In this document: piece after piece, positions 29,411 through 40,343 of the stretch
How positions within the stretch are numbered: the first letter of the stretch is position 1
Layout: each line of letters starts with the position of its first letter
Assembly (NCBI GenBank): GCA_964649185.1
Contig: CAZYOO010000004.1
Location: 1 to 52,297 of the forward strand
Direction of reading: 5' to 3'
Length of the DNA: 52,297 bases
From: an uncultured Dehalococcoidales bacterium
Lineage (GTDB): Bacteria > Chloroflexota > Dehalococcoidia > E44-bin15
Translations under genes and position numbers: made by a program
Notes under the pieces: model-generated
The model's input: only the letters and a program-made list of their open reading frames with translations
Told to the model about the DNA's origin: nothing
Database searches by the model: none

Positions 29411-29552
29411 CGGCGTATTTACGAGTTTGGGCGAGCTTTATAGAGATTGCACACAGCATTATCGTTACTATATCCCTATATATTCGTTTATATCCACTCC
29501 ATTTAACCTATCGCCTGTTGCGACATTTGGCATTTTGATATAACATACTTAA

Positions 29553-29579
29553 TTAGCACTCTAACATCGAGACTGCTAA
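29553..29579 (+). promoter_or_regulatory. CIRCE operator (HrcA binding site)
   Basis: TTAGCACTC-N9-GACTGCTAA has one mismatch to the consensus TTAGCACTC-N9-GAGTGCTAA. It lies 18 nt upstream of the groES start. Candidate promoter hexamers lie at 29518-29555. Confidence 0.85.
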
Positions 29580-29596
29580 AAAGGAGGGAGGTAAAA

Positions 29597-29893
29597 GTGG
29601 CACAGAAGTTACAGCCATTGGCAGATCGGGTGATAGTAAAACCGATGGAACAGGAGGAGGTGAGCAAGGGGGGTATCATATTGCCCGATACCGCTAAAGA
29701 GAAACCTCAGAAGGGCGAGGTCATCGCGGTAGGGCCGGGCAGGCTGGACGACTCCGGCAAGAGGGTCGCCCCGGAGGTGAAGAAGGGCGACAAGGTCATC
29801 TACCAGAAGTATGCCGGGACCGAGCTCAAGCAGGATAAGGATGAATATCTGATCCTGAGAGAGAGCGATATCCTGGCGATAATCACTAAATAA
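29597..29893 (+). CDS. groES: co-chaperonin GroES
   Basis: 98 aa with '[12 protein letters not shown]' and '[22 protein letters not shown]'. GTG start after GGAGGGAGG. Confidence 0.95.
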   Translation: MAQKLQPLADRVIVKPMEQEEVSKGGIILPDTAKEKPQKGEVIAVGPGRLDDSGKRVAPEVKKGDKVIYQKYAGTELKQDKDEYLILRESDILAIITK

Positions 29894-29902
29894 GGAGGGG
29901 AA

Positions 29903-31513
<1,611 letters not shown>

Positions 31514-31535
31514 TATAAAGCCTTTGTATAGCGTA

Positions 31536-31572
31536 ATGCAGCTACGGCCGAACGGCCGTAGCTGCATTTTTC
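31536..31572 (+). terminator. intrinsic terminator after groEL (potentially bidirectional, between convergent genes)
   Basis: Perfect 15-bp stem ATGCAGCTACGGCCG-AA-CGGCCGTAGCTGCAT followed by TTTTCG. Confidence 0.8.
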
Positions 31573-31584
31573 GTTCCACCGCCT

Positions 31585-32847
31585 CTATATCTTCAGCAGC
31601 CCGATTAGTCTGTCCTCGTCCACCACCGGGCCCACGACGGCCAGATTAAGCCTCTCCGTAACCAGGATCTGCTCAGCCACCCTGTTCAAAGCCTGCGCAT
31701 CTATGGCATCCACGATGGACAGCACCTCCTCCACGGGACGGAACTGCCCCACAAGCACCTCCTGACCCCCCACCCATCCCGCCACGCTCCGCGTATCCTC
31801 CATGCTCAGCAGCAGGCGCCCCTTCACCATCTCCTTGGCCTTCTCGATCTCAGCCGCCGGGATGGCCTGTTTCATGCGAACCAGTTCATCCACGATAGCG
31901 GATATGGTGTCGGCCGCATTCCGCGGGTCCACACCGGCATAGATGATGACGTCGCCGGAGTCTAGAAAATACTGCGAATAGCTGTGTATATCGTAGGCCA
32001 GGCCCCTTCTCTCCCGTATCTCCAGATTCAGACGGCTGCTCATCCCGCCACCGAGGATGATATTCAGCAGGTCCAGGTTGAATCGGTCCGGGTGAGCGAA
32101 TGAGAGGCCGCGTACCGCCAGACACAGGTGGGACTGCTCGGTATCCCGCCTCTCGATGCGGAGGAAAGGCTCTGCCTGCCTGTCGTCAGCAGGCACAGGC
32201 GTTCTGGGAGATGTCACCCCCCAATCGCCGAATGCCCTCTCTATATGAGATAAAACCTCGTCCTGCCCGATATCGCCGGCGACGCTTACCACGGCACTGC
32301 CGGGGCCGTACTGGCAATCCATATAATCCAGCAGCATACGGCGACTGATGTTGCTCACCGTCTCCCTGGTGCCTACGATCTCACGCCCCAGCGGCTGGCC
32401 GGGCCAGACCACCTCATCTATCAGGCGGTTCACCCTGTCCTGAGGCGAATCCATGCTCTCGTTCAGCTCCTCTATGATAACCTGGCGCTCCCGCTCTATG
32501 TCTTGATCTTCGAATTTGGAGCAGCGTATCATATCTGCCAGCAGGTCGAGTGCGCGGGCGAAATGCTGCCTCGCCATCTTACACCAGTATATAGTGAACT
32601 CCTTATCCGTCCCCCCGTTCAGCAACCCCCCGACGCCATCGACGGTCTCGGCTATCTCTTTAGCCGTGGGGCGACGTTGCGTGCCCTTGAAACACAGATG
32701 CTCGATGAAGTGTGAGCACCCAGCCTCATCCTCCCTCTCGTATCGTGAGCCGGAGCTGACGAAGACCGCAACGCTGACCGCCTTGGTATGCGGCATACGG
32801 GTGCTGATGACCCGAAGCCCGTTCCCAATAACAGTTTTGTGATGCAT
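31585..32847 (-). CDS. M16 family (insulinase/pitrilysin-like) zinc peptidase
   Basis: 'CSHFIEHLCFKG' HxxEH zinc motif. I placed the start at ATG 32847 because a promoter (32864-32892) lies inside the longer ORF. Confidence 0.85.
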   Translation of the reverse strand: MHHKTVIGNGLRVISTRMPHTKAVSVAVFVSSGSRYEREDEAGCSHFIEHLCFKGTQRRPTAKEIAETVDGVGGLLNGGTDKEFTIYWCKMARQHFARALDLLADMIRCSKFEDQDIERERQVIIEELNESMDSPQDRVNRLIDEVVWPGQPLGREIVGTRETVSNISRRMLLDYMDCQYGPGSAVVSVAGDIGQDEVLSHIERAFGDWGVTSPRTPVPADDRQAEPFLRIERRDTEQSHLCLAVRGLSFAHPDRFNLDLLNIILGGGMSSRLNLEIRERRGLAYDIHSYSQYFLDSGDVIIYAGVDPRNAADTISAIVDELVRMKQAIPAAEIEKAKEMVKGRLLLSMEDTRSVAGWVGGQEVLVGQFRPVEEVLSIVDAIDAQALNRVAEQILVTERLNLAVVGPVVDEDRLIGLLKI

Positions 32848-32863
32848 ACAGTACCTCAGGCAA

Positions 32864-32892
32864 ATTCTAGTTGCCCGCCGCATCGCTGTCAA
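32864..32892 (-). promoter_or_regulatory. candidate promoter of the M16 peptidase gene
   Basis: On the minus strand: TTGACA (32887-32892), 17-nt spacer, TAGAAT (32864-32869). Confidence 0.45.
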
Positions 32893-32935
32893 ATACACCC
32901 CTGCCCTAAGCCGGGGCGGCTGCGATAGCGTTTTG

Positions 32936-32964
32936 TTGACTTTGCAAAGTCCAATTGCTAATAT
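32936..32964 (+). promoter_or_regulatory. candidate promoter of the MBL-hydrolase/lysA unit
   Basis: TTGACT (32936-32941), 17-nt spacer, TAATAT (32959-32964). Confidence 0.45.
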
Positions 32965-32983
32965 GAACTAACAGGAAGCTGCA

Positions 32984-33793
32984 ATGGAGATCGCCCCCGG
33001 TATACATGACGTGCCTATCGGCCTTGAATCTGCGATGGGGTTCCTCGCCCCCAAGGTCTATCTCGTAGCCGGCAGTGAGGCAGCCGTTATCGACTCGGCA
33101 TACGGCGACAATAAGTGCACCGCCAGGCTGATACGGTACCTGGGCGAGTTCCCGCAGCTTCAGCTTGCATATATAGTAATAACCCATGCCCACCCCGACC
33201 ATATCAGCGGCGCTACGGGGATAAAGAGAGGGACCGGCGCCGATATCGTGCTGCACTCGGCGGAAAAAACCGACATACCGGTAGACCAGGTGGTAGAGAA
33301 CGGCGACATCATCTCCCTGGGCGGGATCGAACTGGAGGTAGTGCACACCCCGGGCCACAATCCGGGCCACATCTGCCTGTATATAAGGCGGGAGAAGATA
33401 ATGTTTACCGGAGACCACGTCCTGTCCAGCAGCACCACCGCGCTGCAGCCGCCATGGGGCGACATGTCACAATACATCGCATCCCTGAGGAAGCTCCTCG
33501 ATTACGATATCGAGCTGATGCTGCCGTCTCACGGCCCACCGGTGACGGAGCCGCGGCAGCGGGTTGAGCAGCTGATCCGGCATCGCCTGGAGCGGGAAGA
33601 GCAGGTAGTCGGCCTGTTGCGGCAGGGCAAGGACACGATAAAGGAGATGGTAGGCCAGATGTACCCCGAGCTCACCGGCTTCCTTCGCGCCGTGGCCAAG
33701 GGGCAGATATCGGCCCACCTGGTGAAGCTGGAGCAGGAAGGGAAGGTATCGGTGAGCGTCAACGGCAGTGACACCCGTTACCGGATGAAGTAA
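32984..33793 (+). CDS. MBL-fold metallo-hydrolase
   Basis: 'ITHAHPDHISG' HxHxDH motif and 'HTPGHNPGH'. Confidence 0.85.
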   Translation: MEIAPGIHDVPIGLESAMGFLAPKVYLVAGSEAAVIDSAYGDNKCTARLIRYLGEFPQLQLAYIVITHAHPDHISGATGIKRGTGADIVLHSAEKTDIPVDQVVENGDIISLGGIELEVVHTPGHNPGHICLYIRREKIMFTGDHVLSSSTTALQPPWGDMSQYIASLRKLLDYDIELMLPSHGPPVTEPRQRVEQLIRHRLEREEQVVGLLRQGKDTIKEMVGQMYPELTGFLRAVAKGQISAHLVKLEQEGKVSVSVNGSDTRYRMK

Positions 33794-33795
33794 TC

Positions 33796-35112
33796 ATGAG
33801 GGGGAGAGGGCATTTGACGCTATTCCCGCGAACCGCCACGGTGGCAGGGAATCACCTCATTATCGGCGGGTGCGATACGGTTGATTTGGCCGGCGAGTTC
33901 GGCACGCCGCTCTACGTGTTCGATGAGACGACCCTGAGGCAGAGATGCGCCGATTATCGCGACGGATTCAATAAGCGATATCCGGACAGCCTGGTTTGCT
34001 ACGCCTGCAAGGCCTTCATCAACCGCGCCCTGGCTCGCATCTTCGACGAGGAGGGCTTGGGGCTGGACGTGGTATCCGGCGGTGAGCTGGCGATTGCCCG
34101 TTCGGCGGGCTTCCCCATGGGGCGAGTGTATTTCAACGGCAATAACAAGTCCCGCGATGAGCTGGAGGCGGCGATAGGGTCGGGGGTGGGATGCATCGTG
34201 GTTGACAGCTTCCATGAGCTAAAGATGCTCGGTGATATCGTCCCCGGCAGCAGCAGTGAAAAACCGCTGAAAATCCTCATCCGCATCTCGCCGGGGATCG
34301 ACCCCCATACCCATGCCCACCTGAAGACCGGGCTGGTCGACAGCAAGTTCGGCTTCCCCCTGCCCCATGCCGAGGAAGCGATCGTCGAGGCCATAGCATC
34401 CCCGGGGCTCGACCTTGCCGGCCTGCACTACCACATCGGCTCGCAGATACTGGAGCTGGCGCCGTTCGGGCAGGCGGCGGGTCTGGTGCTCGACTTCGCT
34501 GCCGACATGGCAAGCAAACACGGCTTCGAGCTCAAAGAGCTGAGCATCGGCGGCGGCCTGGGCATAGCATACAGCGAGGGGCAACAGCCGCCCGCTGTGG
34601 ATACGTTCGCTGAAACCATAGCCGGTATCATTACTACAAAGTGTGACGAGTTCGGCATTCGACCGCCGTGTCTCATCGTCGAGCCGGGCAGGTCCGTTGT
34701 CGGTCAGGCCGGGGTGGCCCTTTACACCGTGGGCGCTGCTAAAGGGATCGAAGGTGTTCGTAAATACGTCTCCGTGGATGGCGGCATGGGGGATAACATA
34801 CGCCCCGCCCTCTACGGTGCCGAGTATGATGCCGTCGTCGCCAGCAATGTGGAAGGCACCAATAGCGAGAGGGTCACGCTGGCGGGGAAGTTCTGCGAAT
34901 CGGGGGACATACTCATCAGGGATGTCGAGTTGCCGGCACTGTCGCCCGGCGACATCATAGCCCTGCCCTGCTGCGGGGCTTACTGCCTGTCCCTGGCATC
35001 GAACTATAACTCCTCGCCAAGGCCAGCCATCGTCCTAGTCGGGGATGGCGCGGCGCGGCTTATCCGCCGCCGAGAGACCTATGAAGACCTGATGCGGTGC
35101 GACCTGGTTTGA
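33796..35112 (+). CDS. lysA: diaminopimelate decarboxylase
   Basis: Carries 'GTPLYVFDE', 'YACKAF' (PLP Lys), 'EPGRSVVG' and 'CESGD'. Confidence 0.9.
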   Translation: MRGRGHLTLFPRTATVAGNHLIIGGCDTVDLAGEFGTPLYVFDETTLRQRCADYRDGFNKRYPDSLVCYACKAFINRALARIFDEEGLGLDVVSGGELAIARSAGFPMGRVYFNGNNKSRDELEAAIGSGVGCIVVDSFHELKMLGDIVPGSSSEKPLKILIRISPGIDPHTHAHLKTGLVDSKFGFPLPHAEEAIVEAIASPGLDLAGLHYHIGSQILELAPFGQAAGLVLDFAADMASKHGFELKELSIGGGLGIAYSEGQQPPAVDTFAETIAGIITTKCDEFGIRPPCLIVEPGRSVVGQAGVALYTVGAAKGIEGVRKYVSVDGGMGDNIRPALYGAEYDAVVASNVEGTNSERVTLAGKFCESGDILIRDVELPALSPGDIIALPCCGAYCLSLASNYNSSPRPAIVLVGDGAARLIRRRETYEDLMRCDLV

Positions 35113-35181
35113 ATGCAGTACGTCTCAATCCAACAGCGTCAGCGATGAAGTATAACGAATTGAAATGTTGAGGTATCATCC

Positions 35182-36180
35182 ATGTGGCAGGTAGTGGGGC
35201 ACGAAACGGCCCTCGCCCTTCTCCAGAACAGCCTGAAGAGCGATAGGCTATCTCACGCCTACCTGTTCCTCGGACCCTGGAGCGTGGGCAAGATGACCCT
35301 CGCCTTGAATTTAGCCCAGGTCTTGAATTGCGTAACGGGGGAGGCAGAGCAGCCCTGCGGCTCGTGTCCCCAGTGCCGGCGCATCGTCAGCCGGATACAC
35401 GCCGACGTCCAGATACTTGAGCCTAACGGGCGGACGGAGATCGGCATCGACCAGATCCGAGACCTGGAGCAGTCCGCCACCCTTAGACCCTTCGAGGGCA
35501 GAACCCGGGTGTTCATAATCGACGGCGCTGAGAGGCTTTCACTGGAGGCAGCGAACTCCCTGCTCAAGACGCTTGAGGAGCCGCCGCCCTACGTCCAGCT
35601 GATATTGCTCGCCTCCAACGAGCGGCTGCTGCTGCCGACGGTGCTGTCGCGCTGCCACAAGCTGGAGCTGAGGCCGGTGCCGACGGCCAAGGTGGAACAG
35701 GCCCTCATCCAGCGCTGGAACGTAGCACCGGAGCAGGCCGGCCTGCTGGCGAGGCTCTCGGCAGGCTGTCCCGGCTGGGCGGTGCGGGCCTCGCGTGACG
35801 ACAGCATCCTCAGCGAGCGCACCTCCAGGCTCAATGATCTGCAACAGCTCGCCGCCCAGGGGCGGTCATCACGCTTCGCCTATGCCAACGACCTGGCGAA
35901 CCAGTTCACCAGGGACCGGCCGACGGCCGTGGACATATTGAACTTGTGGTCCTGCTGGTGGCGTGATATCATGCTGACCAAGGAAGGGTGTATTGAGTTC
36001 ATCACCAATGCAGATCAGAAACACGCCCTGTCGCTTGAGGCGGCCCGATACCAACTCCCGCAGATCAAGGGCTTCATCGATAGCCTGGCGGACGCCGCCC
36101 GCGCGCTGGGGCAGAATTCCAACCCCCGTTTGGTGCTGGAAGTTCTCATGCTGAATATACCCGAACCGGTAAGGGGATGA
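35182..36180 (+). CDS. holB: DNA polymerase III delta-prime subunit
   Basis: 'HAYLFLGPWSVGKMTLA' degenerate Walker A, a 'CGSCPQCRR' Zn module, 'NSLLKTLEEPP' and 'TVLSRC'. Confidence 0.85.
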   Translation: MWQVVGHETALALLQNSLKSDRLSHAYLFLGPWSVGKMTLALNLAQVLNCVTGEAEQPCGSCPQCRRIVSRIHADVQILEPNGRTEIGIDQIRDLEQSATLRPFEGRTRVFIIDGAERLSLEAANSLLKTLEEPPPYVQLILLASNERLLLPTVLSRCHKLELRPVPTAKVEQALIQRWNVAPEQAGLLARLSAGCPGWAVRASRDDSILSERTSRLNDLQQLAAQGRSSRFAYANDLANQFTRDRPTAVDILNLWSCWWRDIMLTKEGCIEFITNADQKHALSLEAARYQLPQIKGFIDSLADAARALGQNSNPRLVLEVLMLNIPEPVRG

Positions 36181-36190
36181 ACATATAGAC

Positions 36191-37018
36191 ATGTCTGAAG
36201 TAGTCGGGATAAGATTCAAAACAGCGGGCAAGATATATCACTTCGACCCCGTCGGTATCGATCTGGAGGTAGGCGATTACGTCGTTCTCGACACGGGACG
36301 CGGCCCCGAGTTGGGCCGTGTCGTTGTCGCTCCCAAACAGGTGGCTGACAACGAGATAACGGAGCCGTTGAAGCCGGTGATGCGCAAGGCCGGGGAGGAA
36401 GACCTGAGCAAAAGCAGCGATGCCGCCCCCAAGGAGCAGAAAATCCTGGAACGGTGCCGCGAGGTAAGCGCCAAGCTCGGATTGCCGATGAAATTCATCT
36501 CAGCGAGCTATAACCTGGACTACAGCCGGGTCACCATATGCTTCAGCGCCGAGGGGCGGATCGATTTCCGCGACCTCCTCAAGGAGCTCACCTCCACCGC
36601 CAAGAGCCGCATCGAGCTGCGTCAGGTGGGGCCCCGCGATGAGGCGAAGATCGTCGGCGGATACGGGAGGTGCGGCCTCCCCCTCTGCTGCACCACCCAC
36701 CTTTCCGAGTTCACCCCGGTCTCGATAAGGATGGCCAAGGAGCAGGACCTGCCGTTGAACCCGGTAAAGATATCCGGCATCTGCGGCAGGCTGCTCTGCT
36801 GCCTGGGGTATGAAAGCGCCCAGTACCACAACCTCAAGGAGAATCTGCCCCCTGCCGGCCAGCAGGTGAATACCCCTAACGGCACTGCCACTGTGATAGG
36901 CGGGAACCCGTTGAAACAGACGGTGCTGGTGAAGTTCGAGAGCGAGGCCACTGCGGAGCTCCCCGTCAGCGACATCAGACGGCAGGGGAAACGGCCGAAC
37001 AGGAAGAGGGGGGGTTAA
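36191..37018 (+). CDS. PSP1 domain protein (YaaT/RicT-like)
   Basis: 'VGIRFKTAGKIYHFD' and the Cys-rich 'GRCGLPLCC...CGRLLCCLGYE'. The holB-yaaT synteny matches that in Firmicutes. Confidence 0.85.
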   Translation: MSEVVGIRFKTAGKIYHFDPVGIDLEVGDYVVLDTGRGPELGRVVVAPKQVADNEITEPLKPVMRKAGEEDLSKSSDAAPKEQKILERCREVSAKLGLPMKFISASYNLDYSRVTICFSAEGRIDFRDLLKELTSTAKSRIELRQVGPRDEAKIVGGYGRCGLPLCCTTHLSEFTPVSIRMAKEQDLPLNPVKISGICGRLLCCLGYESAQYHNLKENLPPAGQQVNTPNGTATVIGGNPLKQTVLVKFESEATAELPVSDIRRQGKRPNRKRGG

Positions 37019-37539
37019 TCCCCCGCGCCTGTCTGCTGCAGGGGAAGGAATTTCTGCCACCCGTTGTGCTTCTGGATATACTCGTACGGGACGTAGTAGC
37101 CGCTCACATAGGGGGCAAACGGCTCGTGGATTAGCCTCATCCCGGCCTCTTCGGGGGTATGGCCCGCCTTGCGGCTGTTGCATCGGCTGCAGGCGCTCAC
37201 CACGTTCTCCCATATATGCCTGCCGCCACGGTGGCGCGGCAATACATGATCCAGTGTTAGATGCTTGGTCTCCAGGCCGCAATACTGGCAGGTGTATTTG
37301 TCGCGGTGGAACACCTCGCGGCGACTCAGCTTCTTCTGCTGACGGGGGCGCCTGATCAGGTATACCAGACGTATCACCGAAGGCTGAGGCACTTCCCCGC
37401 TGCCGGTATGGATCACCCCGGAGCCGTTCTCCAGCATCTCCGCCTTGCCCTGCATTACCATGACCACCGCCCGCCGCACCCTGGCCACATTGAGCGGCTC
37501 GTAGTTCTGGTTCAGCACCAAAACAGGCGAATTAACCAT
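37015..37539 (-). CDS. HNH endonuclease
   Basis: 'CQYCG...LTLDHVLPRHRGG...N(x)VSACSRCNSRK' HNH motif. Confidence 0.85.
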   Translation of the reverse strand: MVNSPVLVLNQNYEPLNVARVRRAVVMVMQGKAEMLENGSGVIHTGSGEVPQPSVIRLVYLIRRPRQQKKLSRREVFHRDKYTCQYCGLETKHLTLDHVLPRHRGGRHIWENVVSACSRCNSRKAGHTPEEAGMRLIHEPFAPYVSGYYVPYEYIQKHNGWQKFLPLQQTGAGD

Positions 37540-37545
37540 CGACCA

Positions 37546-38382
37546 CTAACTTCCCTTTTTCCCCGGCCCGGATCTGTAATCGGGGGCCATGATATTGCAC
37601 GGGGTGCAAAGGCCGGTGTCAGCGAGGCGTGAGCCTATCCGGGGTTCCATATCATCCAATGACAGACACGTAGTTATTACCGTAGGGATACGCTCATTAT
37701 AGCGATAATTGATCACCTGGTATATCTTCTCGTGAGCCCACGGGGTGCTCGCCTGCTCGCCGAAATCATCCAGTATGAGAAGCGGCGCCATTCTGACCCT
37801 CTCGAAGAGCTCGTCATACGTTGTCCTGCTTTCCGGCATGAAGCTGGAGCGCAGATGATCCAGAAAGTCGGGAACGAAAACGAAAAGCACCGGTTCGCCC
37901 TTCCGCAGCCGGTAGTTACCGATGGCGGCAGCCAGATGTGTCTTCCCGCAACCGTTGGAACCCATCAGTACCAGCCAGCCATCCGGCTCCTTGGCGAACT
38001 TCCGGGCCGTCCTGAAGACCCGCTCCAGATTCTCCCGCTCTTCGGTTGGGAGATTGACCCTTTTACAGTCGAAATTATCGAAGGTCATGTTACGCAACAA
38101 CTTCGAATTCAAGTCACCGCTGCCACGCCTGAGGCGCAACGTGCGACTTTCCCCGGTCTCTCTCCCGGAACACTGACAGGGGACTAACCTGGTGAAATCA
38201 GGGGCACCTGAAGAGAGTGTGGGATGAACGAAGCCCGCCCCCTTGCAGACAGGACACCCCTCACCCTCGGAGGCAGCCTCGATCTCCTCAGCGCTTAACG
38301 ACGTGTCCGTATTTGCCTTTGATGTACTTGTCCCTATCCGCTTTAGAACCTCGCCCAGGCTCTCCATGGCCCTTTCCTTCAC
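37546..38382 (-). CDS. DnaI/DnaC-like AAA+ helicase-loader ATPase with N-terminal Zn-ribbon
   Basis: 'CPVCKGAGF...VPCQC', Walker A 'GSNGCGKTHLAAA' and Walker B 'LLILDDFG'. Start is ATG 38382 or 38367; both overlap the upstream gene. Confidence 0.8.
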   Translation of the reverse strand: MKERAMESLGEVLKRIGTSTSKANTDTSLSAEEIEAASEGEGCPVCKGAGFVHPTLSSGAPDFTRLVPCQCSGRETGESRTLRLRRGSGDLNSKLLRNMTFDNFDCKRVNLPTEERENLERVFRTARKFAKEPDGWLVLMGSNGCGKTHLAAAIGNYRLRKGEPVLFVFVPDFLDHLRSSFMPESRTTYDELFERVRMAPLLILDDFGEQASTPWAHEKIYQVINYRYNERIPTVITTCLSLDDMEPRIGSRLADTGLCTPCNIMAPDYRSGPGKKGS

Positions 38383-38980
38383 TTTCCCAGCGTTTCAATA
38401 TGGCTTCGATATACCTCCAGTTGCGCTTGTTCAGGCTCACCGCTTCTTTGAAAGCGTCCTCGATCCAGCTTTGCGGATACCGCTTCTCGGCATCCTTGAG
38501 CTCCTCGGCGATCATGGGGCTCAGCATCCCGATATTTTCCTCGTACAGGGCGAAGATATTGGGTCGCTCCCCGTTCATATTGAAAGGTTCGCCGCCGGGC
38601 AACAGGCCGATATCTATCTCGCCGCTCTCGATCTTGGACCGCGCCTCCCTATCGCTCTGCGTGTTCAGTAAATAGAGCTCCACCGGCCTGCCCTCGCTCT
38701 CCATTGCCAGGCGCAGTATCACCCCCCGGCGCACAGCCCGGTCCAGACCGCTGCGCAGGGCGCTTTCACCGCCGACACCCCGCATCAGCGCCCTGTCGGC
38801 GACCAGATCACGACCGGTAATGTAGCGCGGATACCCCTTCCTCTCATAGAGAATGTACAGGAGGTGTATCGTTACTTTCAATTCAGCCAGGTCATCTATC
38901 TGGGGAAGAAGCTGGCTGAAGAATACCCTGGGTATTCCCCCAAAGCGAGCGTCCTCGGGAAAACCAGCGAAGGCTCTCAT
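38288..38980 (-). CDS. DnaD-domain replication protein
   Basis: The C-terminal 'IFALYEENIGMLSPMIAEELKDAEKRYPQSWIEDAFKEAV...NWRYIEAILKRW' is DnaD/replisome-organiser-like. Its ATG overlaps the dnaB stop (ATGA). Confidence 0.75.
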   Translation of the reverse strand: MRAFAGFPEDARFGGIPRVFFSQLLPQIDDLAELKVTIHLLYILYERKGYPRYITGRDLVADRALMRGVGGESALRSGLDRAVRRGVILRLAMESEGRPVELYLLNTQSDREARSKIESGEIDIGLLPGGEPFNMNGERPNIFALYEENIGMLSPMIAEELKDAEKRYPQSWIEDAFKEAVSLNKRNWRYIEAILKRWESEGKGHGEPGRGSKADRDKYIKGKYGHVVKR

Positions 38981-40329
38981 GCCGTCCGCTCCACCTCATA
39001 ATCGGCGAATTTCACCGTTTTCTCGATGAAGCGCAGCTTCCCCTCGCCGATGGGACCGTTGCGGTGCTTGGCGATGATGATATCGGCCACCCCACGGGGG
39101 TACTTCTCCCCGGGGTGATCCTTATCCCATTCATCCTCCTTGACATACTTGTCCTCCCGCGAGATGAAGATGACCACATCGGCGTCCTGCTCAATAGATC
39201 CGCTCTCCCTGAGGTCGGAAAGCTGGGGCTTGTGGGAAGAACGCCACTCTATAGCTCTGGAGAGCTGAGAGACGGCGATCAGGGGCACGTTGAGCTCACG
39301 GGCCAGCTCTTTAAGCGATCGAGATATCTCGGTGATCTCCTGCACCCTATTCTCCCTGCCGTCCCCCCGCAGAAGCTGCAGGTAATCGACTATTATCAGG
39401 TCGATGCCGCGCTCGAAATCGAGCTGCCTCGCCTTCGATTTCATCTCCGTGACCCTCAATGCGGGTGAATCGTCGATGAATATCGGCGCTTCCGACAGTA
39501 TGCCCGTAGCCTCCATCAGCCGCTCGCTCTCCGCATCCGATCCCTTCCCCTGACGCAAACGGTGAGAGTCCACACCCGCCTCGCTGGAGAGCAGCCGCTG
39601 CACCAGCTGGTCCCGCGACATCTCCACGCTGAATATGGCCACGCGAGCCTTCTGGTTGACCGCGGCATTCCTGGCGATGCTCAGGGCGAGGCTGGTCTTG
39701 CCCAGACTGGGCCTGGCGGCGAGTACGATCATGTCGGAGCGCCTCAAACCGCCCAGCAGGTCGTCCAGCGCCCTGAAACCGGTGTACACTACTTCACCCT
39801 CGAAGGGGCTGCTCTCCTCGGCATCCTCGAAGTAACGGTGGAGGAGTTCACGTATGGGCACGAAGTCCCACGGCCGCTGCCCCCTGCGCAGCTTCAGCAG
39901 CACGTTCTCCGCCCTGCTGAGGGCATCTTCTACGTCCGGACCGCCCTCGTAGCCGATGGCCTCGATCTGAACCGCCGCGCTAATCAAACGGCGCATAACT
40001 GACATGCGGTGCACTATCTGCGCGTAGTGCTCAACATGCACCGAGGTGGCCACATTGGATACCACATGGCTGAGATAGGCGGCACCTCCTATCGCCTCAA
40101 GGCGCTCCTGCTGGCTCAAATCATGCGCCACCGTAACTTGGTCTATGGCCTCGTTCCTATCATACAACCGGCAGCAGGCGGCATAAACCCACTGGTTCTT
40201 CTCGCGGTAGAAGTCCTCCGGCTTGAGGAATGTGGCGATCCTGAATATAGCGCCGCCGTCTATTAGCAGGGCGCCCAGCACCGCTTCCTCGGCCTCGATA
40301 TCGTGGGGCGGCAACCTATCGGTGGACAT
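38977..40329 (-). CDS. dnaB: replicative DNA helicase
   Basis: 'PPHDIEAEEAVLGALL', Walker A 'ARPSLGKTSLAL', 'IIVDYLQL' and 'SQLSR'. Confidence 0.95.
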   Translation of the reverse strand: MSTDRLPPHDIEAEEAVLGALLIDGGAIFRIATFLKPEDFYREKNQWVYAACCRLYDRNEAIDQVTVAHDLSQQERLEAIGGAAYLSHVVSNVATSVHVEHYAQIVHRMSVMRRLISAAVQIEAIGYEGGPDVEDALSRAENVLLKLRRGQRPWDFVPIRELLHRYFEDAEESSPFEGEVVYTGFRALDDLLGGLRRSDMIVLAARPSLGKTSLALSIARNAAVNQKARVAIFSVEMSRDQLVQRLLSSEAGVDSHRLRQGKGSDAESERLMEATGILSEAPIFIDDSPALRVTEMKSKARQLDFERGIDLIIVDYLQLLRGDGRENRVQEITEISRSLKELARELNVPLIAVSQLSRAIEWRSSHKPQLSDLRESGSIEQDADVVIFISREDKYVKEDEWDKDHPGEKYPRGVADIIIAKHRNGPIGEGKLRFIEKTVKFADYEVERTA

Positions 40330-40343
40330 AGCCCGTCACTCTG

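Noticed and set aside
37015-38980. DnaD-like, IstB/DnaC-like and HNH genes as a prophage or mobile-element remnant
   Set aside because: There is no integrase, transposase, terminal repeat or compositional shift. The genes are gap-free continuations of the rplI-dnaB operon. I kept them as chromosomal replication genes and noted the alternative in the findings.
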